A stretch of DNA of 64,000 nucleotides from Candidatus Fervidifonticultor sextus (GTDB lineage: Bacteria > Sysuimicrobiota > Sysuimicrobiia > Sysuimicrobiales > Humicultoraceae), in assembly GCA_031459875.1 (NCBI GenBank), contig JAVKHQ010000011.1, forward strand, positions 17,500 through 81,499, given 5' to 3'. Each line of letters opens with the position of its first letter. Position 1 is the stretch's first letter. A program made the translations under genes and the position numbers. The notes below the pieces were generated by a model, which made no database searches, was not told the origin of the DNA, and saw only the letters and a list, made by a program, of their open reading frames with translations. Below are positions 34,753 through 45,975 of this stretch, one piece after another.

Positions 34753-36170
34753 TTCCCCGGGGCGCCCGGCTGCACTTCATCGGGATCGGCGGGGCCGGGA
34801 TGAGCGCGCTGGCCACGGTGCTGCTCCACCGAGGGTTCACCGTCTCGGGTTGCGACCTGCGCGACTCCGAGACCGTGCGCCGGATCCGCGATGCTGGCGG
34901 TGAGGTGCTGATCGGGCACCACCCGGTGCATCTTGATGGGGCGGACGTCGTCGTGGTCTCGCGCGCGGTCGCGCCCGACACCGGGGAGGTCCGCGCCGCG
35001 CGGGCGCGGGGGCTGCCGACGCTGCACCGCGCGCAGGTCCTGGGGGAGGTCATGGGATCCGGCTGCGGGGTCGCCATCGTCGGGACCCACGGGAAGACCA
35101 CGACCACCGCCATGTTGACGCGGGTGCTGGTGGCCTCCGGATACGACCCGACGGCCCTCATCGGGGCCGATGTGGCAGACCTGGGCGGTAACGCGCGCGC
35201 CGGAGCCGGGCGCTGGATCGTGGCGGAGGTGGACGAAAGCGACGGATCGCTGCTCCACATCGCACCGCATGCCGCAGTACTCACCAGCCTCGATGTCACC
35301 GACCACCGCGACTATTACACGTCGGCTGCACACCTCGAGCAGACCTTCGCGCGATTCCTGGGCGGCGTGTCCCCCGACGGCTTCATTGCGGCGTGCACCG
35401 ATCATCCTGGCGTCCGGGCCCTCTGTGAGGGATTGGGCCGCCCGGTCGTAACCTACGGCTTCGATGAGGCGGCAGCCATTCGCGGGGAGATCCTGACCCA
35501 AGACGGCCGGACGATCCGGGCGAGGGTCTGGACCGACGGCCGGCCTGCCGGCGAGCTGGTCCTCCAGGTGCCGGGCCGCCACAACGTCAGCAACGCCCTG
35601 GCGGCCGTGGCGGCAGCCGGGCGCATCGGGGTGCCGCTGCCGGCCGCGCTGGATGCCCTCGCCGGATTCCGAGGGGTCAGCCGGCGCTTCGAGGTGCGCG
35701 GAGAGGCCGACGGCGTGCTGGTGGTGGACGACTACGCCCACAACCCGGTCAAGGTGGCCGCGGTGTTGCGTGCGGCCCGCGAAGGCTGGCCCGACCGGCG
35801 CCTGATCGCGATCTTCCAGCCCCACCGCTTCTCCCGCACGCGGACGACCCACGCGGAGTTTGCGCGGGCTTTCGACCTTGCCGACGAGGTGATCGTGACC
35901 GAGATCTACGCGGCCGGCGAGCCTCCGCAACCCGGGATCAGTGCCCGGCTGATCGTCGACGCCATCGCCGCCCACCGGACGGTGCACTACCGGCCGACCA
36001 CCGGGAAAGCCCTCGAGCTGGCTGAAGCCCTGGCCGCCCCCGGGGCGATCGTGCTCACCCTGGGCGCCGGCGACATCGGCGGTGCGGCCGGCGCGCTGCT
36101 GGCGCGGCTTGCCGCGCGGGGATCTGCGGGCGTGGGGTCGGATCACCGACGGCCGGGAGGGAGCGCGTGA
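34749..36170 (+). CDS. murC: UDP-MurNAc:L-Ala ligase
   Basis: 'FIGIGGAGMS', 'GTHGKTTT', 'DESDGS', 'DDYAH', 'FQPHRFSRT'. Confidence 0.96.
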   Translation: MIPRGARLHFIGIGGAGMSALATVLLHRGFTVSGCDLRDSETVRRIRDAGGEVLIGHHPVHLDGADVVVVSRAVAPDTGEVRAARARGLPTLHRAQVLGEVMGSGCGVAIVGTHGKTTTTAMLTRVLVASGYDPTALIGADVADLGGNARAGAGRWIVAEVDESDGSLLHIAPHAAVLTSLDVTDHRDYYTSAAHLEQTFARFLGGVSPDGFIAACTDHPGVRALCEGLGRPVVTYGFDEAAAIRGEILTQDGRTIRARVWTDGRPAGELVLQVPGRHNVSNALAAVAAAGRIGVPLPAALDALAGFRGVSRRFEVRGEADGVLVVDDYAHNPVKVAAVLRAAREGWPDRRLIAIFQPHRFSRTRTTHAEFARAFDLADEVIVTEIYAAGEPPQPGISARLIVDAIAAHRTVHYRPTTGKALELAEALAAPGAIVLTLGAGDIGGAAGALLARLAARGSAGVGSDHRRPGGSA

Positions 36171-37087
36171 GCGCGCCCACGCAGGCGCCGGTGGGGCTCG
36201 AACGTCGCCTGCGGGCTGCAGTCCGCGACGTGCGCCGCGACGAGCCGATGGCGCCACATGCCCAGTTCCGGATCGGTGGGCCGGCCGACCTCCTGGTGAT
36301 TCCGCGGAGCCAGGCCGAGTTGCGGGCCGCGCTGCACATCCTCTTCCGTGAGGGCATCCGGCCCGTCATTCTCGGTCAGGGATCCAACGTGCTCATCGGT
36401 GACCGCGGCATCCGCGGGGTGGTGGTGAAGATCGGGAAGGGCCTCGACCACGTCCGCTTCGATGGAGCCACCGTCACCGCCGAGGCCGGCGCCGGCCTGC
36501 CCGCGCTGGCGCTGCAGTGCGCCAGACGGGGCCTGGCCGGGCTGGAGTTCGCCGCCGGCATCCCGGGGTCGGTCGGCGGCGCGGTGGTGATGAACGCCGG
36601 CGCCCACGGCCACGCGATGGCAGAGGTCGTGGTGGCCGTGGACGTGCTGGGACCCGACGGCACGCGCCGCCTGACGCGCGAGGCCGTGGGGTTCGGGTAC
36701 CGGACGACCATCCTCCAGGACCGTCCCTGGGTCGTGACCCGGGCCACGCTCCTCCTCCACCCCGACGACCCCGCGGCGGTCCGTGCGCGCCTTGGGGCCT
36801 GGCTGGCACAGCGTGGCGCGACCCAGCCGGTCGGGCCGCCGAGTTCCGGGTGCATCTTCCGGAACCCGCCGGGCGATCACGCGGGCCGGCTGATCGACGC
36901 AGCCGGCGGCAAGGGCCTGGCGGTGGGAGGGGCCCGGGTCTCGGCGCTGCACGCAAACTACATCATCAACGAGGGCGGCGCGACGGCGTCGGATGTGCTG
37001 GCCCTGGCCGAGCGGGTCCGCCGCCTGGTGGCGGACCACGCGGGTGTGATGCTCGACCTGGAGGTCAAACTGCTGGGCGAATTCTGA
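36167..37087 (+). CDS. murB: UDP-N-acetylenolpyruvoylglucosamine reductase
   Basis: 'RIGGPA', 'LGQGSN', 'GIPGSVGGAVVMNAGA', 'SSGCIFRNP', 'HANYIIN'. Confidence 0.96.
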   Translation: MSAPTQAPVGLERRLRAAVRDVRRDEPMAPHAQFRIGGPADLLVIPRSQAELRAALHILFREGIRPVILGQGSNVLIGDRGIRGVVVKIGKGLDHVRFDGATVTAEAGAGLPALALQCARRGLAGLEFAAGIPGSVGGAVVMNAGAHGHAMAEVVVAVDVLGPDGTRRLTREAVGFGYRTTILQDRPWVVTRATLLLHPDDPAAVRARLGAWLAQRGATQPVGPPSSGCIFRNPPGDHAGRLIDAAGGKGLAVGGARVSALHANYIINEGGATASDVLALAERVRRLVADHAGVMLDLEVKLLGEF

Positions 37088-37105
37088 ATCATCCGGGATC
37101 CCATC

Positions 37106-37936
37106 GTGCCCTCCACCGACCCTTCGCCGCGCCGACCGCCGTCTCTGATCCTGGGGACCCTCTCGCGCTTCGCGGTCATCATGGCGGCGCTGTTGGCCGC
37201 GGCCGTGTTCCCGCAGTCCGCGCTGTTCACCATCGAGCGGATCGAGGTGAGGGGGGCCCGCAGCCTGCCTGATGCGGCTGTGGCCGCCCTCGCGGGACTG
37301 GAGCCGGGCATGCGGCTCTTCGCGGTCGACGCCGATGCCGTGGCGAGACGTCTACGCGCCGATCCCCGCATCAAGGACGCCGATGTACGCCTGCGGCCCC
37401 CCCACACGGTCGTGCTGCGCATCACCGAGCGGCGTCCGGTCCTGGCCCTGGGCCTGGGTGACCGGTTTGCGCTCCTGGATGACGACCTGGTGGTCGTGGC
37501 GCTGACGGCCGATGCGGCAGGCGCCCCCGAAGTGGTTGACGGCCTCGGCGGGACCCCATGGGTTCGGGTGGGGGCGCGGGTGGCCTCGCCGGCCGCACGC
37601 ATCGTGCTGGCCGGCCTTGCCGATATCCCGCAGCCGCTGCGGGCCGAGCTGCGCCGGATCACGGTGACGCCGGGGCCGGACCTGACGCTCCTGCTGCGAT
37701 CCGGCCTGGAAATCAAAGCCGGCGCTCCCGCCGGACTGGCGGAACGCCTGGCCCAGGTTCCCGGCGTCCTGACCGCACTGCGCGCCCGCGGGATCGTCCC
37801 CCGGACCCTGGATCTCCGATACGTCGGCTCGATCGCCGTTCGGAGGGCGCCTCCGGCTCCCGTGGAGGGCGGCACGGCGGGGGCCGGCGCGCCGGACGGG
37901 GGGCACAGATCTGCTGGAGGAGGAGAAGGCCGGTAG
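37106..37936 (+). CDS. ftsQ: FtsQ/DivIB
   Basis: Single TM, POTRA-like 'F.IERIEVRG...ITER', C-terminal 'LDLRY'. Confidence 0.88.
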   Translation: MPSTDPSPRRPPSLILGTLSRFAVIMAALLAAAVFPQSALFTIERIEVRGARSLPDAAVAALAGLEPGMRLFAVDADAVARRLRADPRIKDADVRLRPPHTVVLRITERRPVLALGLGDRFALLDDDLVVVALTADAAGAPEVVDGLGGTPWVRVGARVASPAARIVLAGLADIPQPLRAELRRITVTPGPDLTLLLRSGLEIKAGAPAGLAERLAQVPGVLTALRARGIVPRTLDLRYVGSIAVRRAPPAPVEGGTAGAGAPDGGHRSAGGGEGR

Positions 37937-38002
37937 GCGTGGAATAGCGCGACCGAACAAGATGTAGAGGTCGACCCAGCGGCAGGCCACAACAGGTAGC
38001 GC

Positions 38003-39241
38003 ATGACGCGGCGGAATACGATTACAGGCCTCGACATCGGCACCACCAAGGTCTGTGCCGTCGTCGGTGAGGTGGACGAGGACGGGGACGTTCACATCAT
38101 TGGGGCAGGCACCGCGCCGTCCGTCGGGCTGCGCCGCGGCGTCGTGGTCGACCTGGACTCCACCGCCCGGGCCATCGAGCAGGCGACCGCTCACGCCGAG
38201 CGCATGGCCGGCGTGAGCATCACGGCGGTCCACGTGGCCGTGTCCGGCGAGCACATCTCTTCCTCCGACAGCCGGGGCGTTGTTGCCGTGGCGCGAGGCG
38301 ATCACGAGATCGGCGATGCCGACGTGGCGCGCGTCATCGATGCCGCCCGCATGGCCGCGCTGCCGTCGTCCGAGCGCGAGATCATCCACCTTCTGCCACG
38401 GGATTTCGTCGTGGACGGCCAGGACGGCGTGAAGCGACCGGTGGGGATGTACGGCGCGCGCCTGGAGGTCGAGGCCCACATCGTCACCGGCGTGGCCACC
38501 GCGCTGGCCAACGTGGCCAAATGTGTGCAGAAGGCGGGGCTCGAGGTCACCGAGATGGTGTTGGAGCCGCTGGCGTCCGCCGAAGCGGTGCTGGCGCCGG
38601 CGGAGCGCGACCTGGGTGCCGTCCTGGCCGACATTGGCGGCGGCACCACCAGCGTGGGGATCTTCGCCAACGGCGGGCTGTGCCACGTGGCGATTCTCCC
38701 GGTGGCCGGCGGCCACCTGACCCACGACATCGCCGTGGGCATGCGCACGTCGGTGGCGGAGGCGGAGAAGCTCAAGGTGCGGTGGGGCGCTGCGACCCCG
38801 CAGGCCGTCTCCGAGGGCGAGATGATCGAGGTCTTTACCGTGGGCGGCCGCGCGCCCCGCGTGCTGCCGCGCCGGGTGCTGGCGGAGTTCATCGAGCCGC
38901 GCGTAGATGAGATCTTCTCGCTGATCCAGGGGCAGATCCGACGGAGCGGCTACACCCACCGCATCCCATCCGGCCTCATCCTGACCGGCGGGACCTCCAT
39001 GCTGGAAGGCCTGGTGGACTACGCGGAGACGCGCCTGGGCCTGCCGGTCCGCCTGGGCGCACCCGAGCACCTGGCCGGCCTCGTGGACGCGGTGCGCAGC
39101 CCGGCGTACGCCACCGGAGTCGGCCTGGTGCTCTACGGCGCCCGGGCGCGCGGTGGGGCCGGCGTCATGCACCGCAACGGGACGAGTTCCTTCTGGGAAC
39201 GCACCAGGATGTGGATTCGCGATCTCCTGCAGGGCGCATAA
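38003..39241 (+). CDS. ftsA: Cell division protein FtsA
   Basis: 'GLDIGTTKV', 'DIGGGTT', 'LTGG', 'YATGVGL'. Confidence 0.97.
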   Translation: MTRRNTITGLDIGTTKVCAVVGEVDEDGDVHIIGAGTAPSVGLRRGVVVDLDSTARAIEQATAHAERMAGVSITAVHVAVSGEHISSSDSRGVVAVARGDHEIGDADVARVIDAARMAALPSSEREIIHLLPRDFVVDGQDGVKRPVGMYGARLEVEAHIVTGVATALANVAKCVQKAGLEVTEMVLEPLASAEAVLAPAERDLGAVLADIGGGTTSVGIFANGGLCHVAILPVAGGHLTHDIAVGMRTSVAEAEKLKVRWGAATPQAVSEGEMIEVFTVGGRAPRVLPRRVLAEFIEPRVDEIFSLIQGQIRRSGYTHRIPSGLILTGGTSMLEGLVDYAETRLGLPVRLGAPEHLAGLVDAVRSPAYATGVGLVLYGARARGGAGVMHRNGTSSFWERTRMWIRDLLQGA

Positions 39242-39267
39242 GCACGCCGATCGAAGGGGGAGCCTCC

Positions 39268-40323
39268 ATGGCAAGCACAGAGCGGGATCTTCGACGGTAC
39301 GCGGCAATCAAGGTGGTGGGGGTGGGCGGGGGCGGCAGCAACGCCGTCAACCGCATGATCTCCGCCGGGCTCCGAGGGGTCGAGTACATCGCCGTGAACA
39401 CCGACGCCCAGGCGCTGGCGCTCTCCTCGGCCGACAAGAAGATCCACATCGGCGCGAAGGTCACCAAGGGGCTGGGCGCCGGCGGCGATCCTCAGGTCGG
39501 CCGCCAGGCCGCCGAGGAGAGCCGCGAGGAACTGCGCGAGGCGCTGGGCGGCGCGGACATGGTCTTCATCACGGCCGGGATGGGTGGGGGGACCGGCACC
39601 GGGGGCGCACCGATCATCGCCGAACTCGCCCGCGAGCACGGCTCGCTCACGATCGGCGTCGTGACCCGGCCGTTCGGCTTTGAGGGCAAGCGGCGGGCGC
39701 AGACCGCCGAGGAGGGGGTGCGGACGCTGCGGCAGAAGGTCAGCACGCTCATCACGATTCCCAACGACCGGCTGTTGCAGATCATCGACCGCCAGGCCAC
39801 GGTCATCGAGGCCTTCCGCACCGCCGACGACGTGCTGCGCCAGGGCGTCCAGGGCATCGCGGACCTGATCACGGTCCCGGGCCTGATCAACCTGGACTTC
39901 GCCGACGTGCGGGCCATCATGGCCGAGGCCGGCTCGGCACTGATCGGCATCGGCGTGGCCTCGGGCGACGATCGCGCCACGCGGGCCGCCCAGGCCGCCA
40001 TCAGCAGCCCGCTGCTGGAGACCAGCATGGACGGGGCGCGCGGGGTGCTCATCAACGTGACCGGGGGGACCGACCTGGGCCTCCTCGAGGTGAGCGAGGC
40101 CGCCCGGATCGTGGCAGAGGCCGCCGATCCCGAGGCGAACATCATCTTCGGGGCGGTCATCGACGAGAAGGTGCGCGACGAGGTGCGGATCACGGTCATC
40201 GCCACCGGCTTCGACGCCGCCCGCCGCAGCGAGGACGGCGCGGGCACGCACGATGATCGGGCCAAGGAACCGGTGAAGCTCATCGACGACCTCGACATTC
40301 CGGCTTTTCTTCGGAGGCGGTAG
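39268..40323 (+). CDS. ftsZ: Cell division protein FtsZ
   Basis: '[10 protein letters not shown]', 'GMGGGTGTG', 'NLDFAD', C-terminal 'DIPAFLRRR'; GGGGGAG RBS. Confidence 0.98.
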   Translation: MASTERDLRRYAAIKVVGVGGGGSNAVNRMISAGLRGVEYIAVNTDAQALALSSADKKIHIGAKVTKGLGAGGDPQVGRQAAEESREELREALGGADMVFITAGMGGGTGTGGAPIIAELAREHGSLTIGVVTRPFGFEGKRRAQTAEEGVRTLRQKVSTLITIPNDRLLQIIDRQATVIEAFRTADDVLRQGVQGIADLITVPGLINLDFADVRAIMAEAGSALIGIGVASGDDRATRAAQAAISSPLLETSMDGARGVLINVTGGTDLGLLEVSEAARIVAEAADPEANIIFGAVIDEKVRDEVRITVIATGFDAARRSEDGAGTHDDRAKEPVKLIDDLDIPAFLRRR

Positions 40324-40340
40324 CGCCCTACAGTAGAAGC

Positions 40341-41465
40341 GTGGGGTTTGGAGAACCGACGACCGGCGCCGGCGGCGAACCGCCCGACCTGGCGGAGCGC
40401 CTGGAGCAGGCCCGGCAGATCGTCACGACCCTCATCCCGGGGGCCGTTGCGGATGAGGGCACCCACCCGGCGATCTGGGTGCCTTCGGCGGACGGACTGC
40501 GGGAGCGGTTTCTAGAACTCCAGCGCCGGCTGGGGCCGCTGGGGTTGCTGCCTCTGCTGCGGATGCGGGACGGTCGCCCTGCAATGCTCCTGGTGCCCAA
40601 GCCGCCCCCGGGCCGGTGGGCCTGGCAGACGAACCTTCTGCTGTTCCTGGCGACGGTCGGAACGACGTTTGCGGCCGGCTACCTCCAGTCGCAGGGGCTG
40701 GTGCAGTTGGGCTTCATGGATAGCCCGGTCACCGGTGGCCTGGCCTTCTCCCTGTCGCTGCTATTCATCCTCGGGGCGCACGAGATGGGGCACAAATTCG
40801 TCGCCGTCCGGCGGGGGATCGATGCCAGCCTGCCGTACTTCATCCCCATCCCCCCGGTGCCGCCATTCGTGATTGGCACCATGGGAGCCGTCATCGTCAC
40901 CAGGACCCCTTCGCCCAACCGCGACAGCCTGATGGAGCTGGGCGCCTCGGGTCCCATTGCCGGCTTCCTCGCCGCGATTCCGGTGCTGATCTACGGGGTG
41001 ATGCACTCGTTCCCGATCCAGCCCGGGCAGGTGGAGGGCGTCGTGGTGTTTCCAGACCCGCTGCTGGTCCGGTGGCTCGTCCGCTGGTTGCGCGACCTCC
41101 CGCCGGGCACCGACCTCCTCATGCACCCGGTCATGTTCGCAGGCTGGATCGGCCTGCTGGTGACCAGTCTCAACCTCCTCCCCTCAGGCATGCTCGATGG
41201 CGGCCACGCGGTCCGCGCCGCGGCCGGCGCCCGCTGGCACCAGGGCATCTCGGTCGCGGGCGTCATGATCGCCGTGGTGATCGGCGCCTGGTTGATGGCG
41301 ATCCTCATGCTCCTGCTCCTGCGCCGGGGACACGTGGGCCCCCTCGACGACCTCACGCCGCTCAGCCCGTCGCATCGGCTGATGGGGCTGGCGCTGGCGG
41401 CCATCTTCGCCCTGAGCGTCTCCGCCCTGTTCCCGCTCACGTCGATCCCGGACCTGTTCCGGTAG
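40341..41465 (+). CDS. Site-2 protease (M50) family metalloprotease
   Basis: 'HEMGH' and 'NLLPSGMLDGGH' in a multi-TM protein. Confidence 0.9.
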   Translation: MGFGEPTTGAGGEPPDLAERLEQARQIVTTLIPGAVADEGTHPAIWVPSADGLRERFLELQRRLGPLGLLPLLRMRDGRPAMLLVPKPPPGRWAWQTNLLLFLATVGTTFAAGYLQSQGLVQLGFMDSPVTGGLAFSLSLLFILGAHEMGHKFVAVRRGIDASLPYFIPIPPVPPFVIGTMGAVIVTRTPSPNRDSLMELGASGPIAGFLAAIPVLIYGVMHSFPIQPGQVEGVVVFPDPLLVRWLVRWLRDLPPGTDLLMHPVMFAGWIGLLVTSLNLLPSGMLDGGHAVRAAAGARWHQGISVAGVMIAVVIGAWLMAILMLLLLRRGHVGPLDDLTPLSPSHRLMGLALAAIFALSVSALFPLTSIPDLFR

Positions 41466-41473
41466 CCCCGGCC

Positions 41474-42682
41474 GTGGCGGCCTCTATTGCACACCGGCGG
41501 GTCGGCCTTCGACGGTGGCGGCGCATCGTGCTTGCGGTGTTCCGCAAGGAGATGGTCGAGACGCTGCGCGACCGGCGCACGCTCCTGGCGGCTGTGGTGC
41601 TGCCTGCGCTGACGATGCCGCTCGTCGTGCTCGCCGTCCCCCTCCTGATTGACCGGCAGCAGCGGGCCCTCCGGGATCAGCCGGTCCGCGTGGCGGTGGC
41701 GGGCGGTGAGATCCCGGAACTGGTCGAGGCCGGGGTGCGCGACGGGATCTTCGCGCCTGTGGCTGCGGCGGCCCCCGTGCAGGCCCTGCAGCGCGCCGAG
41801 GTGGACGCGGTCCTGGCCCCGCAGCCGGCGGTCCCCGGCCAGCCGCATCTGGTCGCCGTGCTCTACGATGGAACCCGCCCGGCCTCGCGCGCGGCCATCG
41901 AGAAGATCACGCGGGTCGCGGCCGCTCTCGCCCAGCGCGACCTGGAGGCCGCCCTGCGCGCGGGCGGCGCATCCGCTGGTCCCGTGATCCGAATCCTGGT
42001 GGATCCCCAAGACGTCGCCCCCGCAACCCGCACCGGGGGCGCGCTGCTGGCCACGGCGCTCCCCTTCTTCCTCGCCGTCTGGTTGCTGCTTGGCGGCCAG
42101 TATGCGGCGCTGGACGTGGGGATCGGCGAACGGGAGCGTGGGACCTTCGAGGGACTCCTGGCCGCCCCCCCGAGCCGCTCGGCGCTGGTGGCCGGCAAGT
42201 TCCTGGCGGTGCTGGCTCCGGCGCTGCTGGCACTCCTGGTCATGCTGGCGAGCGCCATGCTGGCGATCCGGCTGGGCGGCCGGTCGCTCGTCCCCGGGGC
42301 GGTGAGGGTCGGTCTCCCCCTCGCATCGATCCCCTGGCTCCTGCTCGCCGGCACGGCCCTGGGCGGCTTTCTGTCAGCCGCCCAACTGGCCCTGAGCCTG
42401 GCTGCCAGGACCCTGCGGGAGGCCCAGCAGGCTTTTACCGCCCTCTACCTGCTGGTGGCGGTCCCGGTGATCCTGGAGCCCCTCCTGGCCGGGAGCCTGG
42501 ACGCGCCCCAAACGGCCCTGGTGCCGGTGCTCAACGCGGTCTGGACGATCAGGCGGGTGCTGCTGGCCGAGAGCCAGCCCTGGGAGGCGGCCCTCACGGC
42601 GGCCTCGCTGGCCGCCGCCACGCTCGTGGTGCTCGTCGGGGCGATCCGCGCCCTGGAGGCGGAGATCCGCCGGATTCGCTGA
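41474..42682 (+). CDS. ABC-2 type (NatB-like) permease
   Basis: 'VFRKEMVETLRDRRTL', 'GERERGTFEGLL..P', 'GKFLAV'; no adjacent ATPase gene. Confidence 0.85.
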   Translation: MAASIAHRRVGLRRWRRIVLAVFRKEMVETLRDRRTLLAAVVLPALTMPLVVLAVPLLIDRQQRALRDQPVRVAVAGGEIPELVEAGVRDGIFAPVAAAAPVQALQRAEVDAVLAPQPAVPGQPHLVAVLYDGTRPASRAAIEKITRVAAALAQRDLEAALRAGGASAGPVIRILVDPQDVAPATRTGGALLATALPFFLAVWLLLGGQYAALDVGIGERERGTFEGLLAAPPSRSALVAGKFLAVLAPALLALLVMLASAMLAIRLGGRSLVPGAVRVGLPLASIPWLLLAGTALGGFLSAAQLALSLAARTLREAQQAFTALYLLVAVPVILEPLLAGSLDAPQTALVPVLNAVWTIRRVLLAESQPWEAALTAASLAAATLVVLVGAIRALEAEIRRIR

Positions 42683-42753
42683 TCCGGACTCGCCCGGCCG
42701 AGAAAATCGGCGTCCTGCCGGCCCGCTGCGGGCCCCATCCGGCAGGGGAGCCG

Positions 42754-42782
42754 TTGACATACCACATCTTGGGCCCTAGACT
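42754..42782 (+). promoter_or_regulatory. nrdR-nrdJ promoter with overlapping NrdR box
   Basis: TTGACA (42754-42759), N17, TAGACT (42777-42782); ATACCACATCTTGGGC (42759-42774) resembles the acaCwAtATaTwGtgt NrdR box. Confidence 0.78.
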
Positions 42783-42812
42783 TATCGTTGCCTCAACGGC
42801 TGGGGTCTGCCG

Positions 42813-43334
42813 ATGCGATGCCCCGTATGCGGCCACGAAGAGAGCAAGGTCTTAGACTCCCGACCGGTCCTTGACGGACGGGCCATCCGGCGCCGCCGCG
42901 AGTGTCTGGGTTGCGAGCGGCGCTTCACCACCTACGAGCGCCCCGACCTGGCGCCGGTGATGGTGGTCAAGCGCGACGGCCGGCGCGAGCCCTTCGACCG
43001 GGCCAAAGTCCTGGCCGGAGTGACCCGAGCCTGCGGCAAGCGTCCCCTCTCGATGGAAAGCCTCGACGCCCTCGTGGACGAGGTGGAACGAGAGATCCGC
43101 CAGCTCGGCGCCCAGGAAGTCCCCTCGGCCACCATCGGCGAGCTCGTCATGGATCGCCTCCGACGGCTTGACGACGTGGCCTATGTCCGCTTTGCCTCCG
43201 AACACCGGCGGTTTCGCGACATCGATTCGATCGCGGAAGAGATCGAGACCCTCAAGGAGCGCAAGCGCCGGGAAGACGCGCTCCGCGACCAGGTCCCCCT
43301 GATCACGCTGCCCGACCCGCATCGCGCACGGTAA
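42813..43334 (+). CDS. nrdR: Transcriptional repressor NrdR
   Basis: 'MRCPVC', 'IRRRREC..C..RFTTYE', ATP cone, 'VAYVRFAS'. Confidence 0.97.
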   Translation: MRCPVCGHEESKVLDSRPVLDGRAIRRRRECLGCERRFTTYERPDLAPVMVVKRDGRREPFDRAKVLAGVTRACGKRPLSMESLDALVDEVEREIRQLGAQEVPSATIGELVMDRLRRLDDVAYVRFASEHRRFRDIDSIAEEIETLKERKRREDALRDQVPLITLPDPHRAR

Positions 43335-43359
43335 CCACAGACGCCTGGAGGTGACCCGG

Positions 43360-45879
43360 ATGGAAGGCGCATCGTCCTTTTCGACTCCACCCCCGGCCCC
43401 GCGCCAGACCGCGGCGGGGCCCGCCGTCGCACCAGACCTGCCTGCGGAGACGCTCGCCGCCTTCGGCGGGGACGAGTTGCGCGCCCGCGTCTTCCACGAC
43501 AAGTACGCCCTGCGGGACCGTGACGGGACCGTCGTGGAGCGGACGCCCGACCAGATGTGGCGCCGCATCGCCCGGGAACTGGCGTCGGTGGAAGCCACCC
43601 CGGAGATGCGCCGGCAGTGGCAGGAGCGGTTCTACTGGCTGCTGGAGGACTTCCGGTTCATCCCGGGCGGGCGGATCATGCATGCCGCCGGCAACCCGCG
43701 CCGGGTCACGGCGCTGAACTGCTATGTCGTGCCCGTCAAGGAGGATTCCATCGAAGCCATCTTCGAGTGGATGAAGGAGGCCGCGCGCACCTATTCGTTT
43801 GGCGGCGGCGTGGGGACGGACATCTCCGTGCTGCGGCCCCGCGGGGCGCCGGTGAACAACGCGGCCCGCAGTAGCACCGGCTCGGTGTCCTTCATGGAGC
43901 TCTTCTCGCTCACCACGGGTACCATCGGCCAGTCGGGCCGCCGGGGGGCGCTGATGATCACCATCGCCGACGACCACCCCGACCTCCTGGACTTCGTCAG
44001 GGTGAAGCGCAACCTCAACAAGGTTCGCTACGCCAACATTAGCGTCCGCGTCTCTGACGCCTTCATGCGGGCCGTGGAGGAGGACGGCACCTGGGACCTG
44101 GTGTTTGAGAACGAGCGGGCCACGGTGCGCCGCACGCTGCGGGCGCGTGAGGTCTGGCGCGAGTTGATCAACGGCGCCCGCGACTACGCCGAGCCCGGTG
44201 TCATCTTCTGGGACACCGTCAAGCGGTGGTCCACCTCCGAGTACAACGGGATGGGCGTCATCACCACCAACCCCTGCTCGGAGATCCCGCTGGAGGCCTA
44301 TGGATGTTGCTGCCTCGGCAACCTCTGCCTCCCGCGATTCGTGCGCGATGAGTTCACCAGCCAGGCACGCGTGGAGTGGGAGTCCCTGGAGCGCGCGCTG
44401 CGGTATGCGACGCGCTTTCTGGACAACGTGCTGGACTACAACGCCGATCGGCATCCCCTGCCCGAGCAGCGGCAGGCCAGCCTGTACTCGCGCCGGATCG
44501 GGGTGGGCTTTACCGGATTGGGGGATCTGCTCATCATGCTCGGGCTGCGCTACGACAGCGAGCAGGCCATCGCCTTCGTCGACGGACTCTTCGACCGGAT
44601 CAAGAACATCGTCTACGATGAGAGCGTCAACCTGGCCATCGAGAAGGGGACCTTCCCCGGCTACGACCGCCGGGCCCACCTGGCCTCGCCGTTCATCCAG
44701 ACCCTGGCCCCCCGGGTCAGGGAGCGCATCGAGCAGCACGGGCTGCGCAACGTGGCGCTGCTGACGGTGCCGCCGGTGGGCAGCGGCGCGGCGCTGGCCG
44801 GGGTGACCAGCGGCATCGAGCCGATCTTCGACCTCTCGTACATCCGGCGGTCGGAGTCGCTGTCGCAGGAGGTCTTCACCGTCTACCATCCGCTCGTCCG
44901 CGAGTACATGGTGCGCTTCGGGGTGGAGCGCCAGGAGGATCTGCCGGCCTATTTCGTGACGGCCCACCAGATCCGGCCCGAGATGCGGGTGAAGATGCAG
45001 GCGACCATCCAGCGCCATATCGATCACTCGATCTCGTCCACCGTGAATCTGGCGCACGATGTGGCGTCCGAGGAGGTGGAGCGGATCTACTTCCTGGCCT
45101 GGAAACTCGGCGCCAAGGGCATCACCGTCTACCGCGAGGGCAGCCGGGAAGGCATCCTCATCACCGAGGCGCAGGCCAAGGGCCAGGCCGGGCCGCCCCC
45201 GGCCGCCGCGGCGCCGGCTGCGCCCCAGCGGACGACGCCCCGCCCCCGGCCCAAGGTCACCACCGGTCGGACCGAGCGCATCGAGACCCCACGCGGCCGC
45301 GTCTACGTGGTCATCAACGAGGACGAGATGGGCCTCTGCGAGGTCTTCGTCCACTCGCTGGACGTGGAGGCCGAGGCCATCGGCCGTATGGCGTCGCTGG
45401 CCCTGCGGGGCGGGATCGACGCGCGCGACGTCATCGAGCAACTCTGGCGCGTGCAGAGCAAGGAGGTCGCCTTCGACCGGTCGGCGGACGGCACCGTAGT
45501 GCGCGTCTCGACCATCGCGCAGGCGGTGGCGCTGGCGCTGGGGCGTGCGCTCTATGGCGATTCGTTCCGGCCCGACAAGGCCTTCCCGCGGGCGGACGCG
45601 CTCCCGGAGCCCGGTCCCCGGGCCCGGCAGGAGGTGCTGCGGTTCGGCCCGGCCCCGCACCCCTCGGATCCGGTGGGGGCGGCGGGAGGGATGGCCGGTC
45701 AGGAGCCGGCGCTGCTGCCGGTCGCCGGGGGCAACGGCGTCCCGGAGGACGGGAACGGCTGGACGCCGGAGGCGGCCATCGGGCTGGAGTTCATCGGCAT
45801 CTGCCCGGACTGCGGGGGCTCGTTGGTGCACGAGAACGGGTGCGCTACCTGCCGGCAGTGCGGGTATTCCCGCTGCTAG
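43360..45879 (+). CDS. nrdJ: Class II (adenosylcobalamin-dependent) ribonucleotide reductase
   Basis: 'LNCYV', 'GGGVG', 'TNPCSEIPL', 'SGIEP', 'KGITVYR', C-terminal Cys-rich ribbon; no small-subunit gene; GGAGGTG RBS. Confidence 0.93.
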   Translation: MEGASSFSTPPPAPRQTAAGPAVAPDLPAETLAAFGGDELRARVFHDKYALRDRDGTVVERTPDQMWRRIARELASVEATPEMRRQWQERFYWLLEDFRFIPGGRIMHAAGNPRRVTALNCYVVPVKEDSIEAIFEWMKEAARTYSFGGGVGTDISVLRPRGAPVNNAARSSTGSVSFMELFSLTTGTIGQSGRRGALMITIADDHPDLLDFVRVKRNLNKVRYANISVRVSDAFMRAVEEDGTWDLVFENERATVRRTLRAREVWRELINGARDYAEPGVIFWDTVKRWSTSEYNGMGVITTNPCSEIPLEAYGCCCLGNLCLPRFVRDEFTSQARVEWESLERALRYATRFLDNVLDYNADRHPLPEQRQASLYSRRIGVGFTGLGDLLIMLGLRYDSEQAIAFVDGLFDRIKNIVYDESVNLAIEKGTFPGYDRRAHLASPFIQTLAPRVRERIEQHGLRNVALLTVPPVGSGAALAGVTSGIEPIFDLSYIRRSESLSQEVFTVYHPLVREYMVRFGVERQEDLPAYFVTAHQIRPEMRVKMQATIQRHIDHSISSTVNLAHDVASEEVERIYFLAWKLGAKGITVYREGSREGILITEAQAKGQAGPPPAAAAPAAPQRTTPRPRPKVTTGRTERIETPRGRVYVVINEDEMGLCEVFVHSLDVEAEAIGRMASLALRGGIDARDVIEQLWRVQSKEVAFDRSADGTVVRVSTIAQAVALALGRALYGDSFRPDKAFPRADALPEPGPRARQEVLRFGPAPHPSDPVGAAGGMAGQEPALLPVAGGNGVPEDGNGWTPEAAIGLEFIGICPDCGGSLVHENGCATCRQCGYSRC

Positions 45880-45975
45880 AGGCGGCGCCGACCAAGGACT
45901 CTGGACCCCGGCGTAGAATTTCCCGGTCTAACGCGCGGCTGGCCTTGGCCGCGCGTGCAAAGGGGGTTGTCTGTC

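Noticed and set aside
37085..37106. murB and ftsQ in the same frame separated by a single TGA (possible readthrough fusion)
   Set aside because: One-in-three chance arrangement; both proteins are complete and no recoding signal is visible
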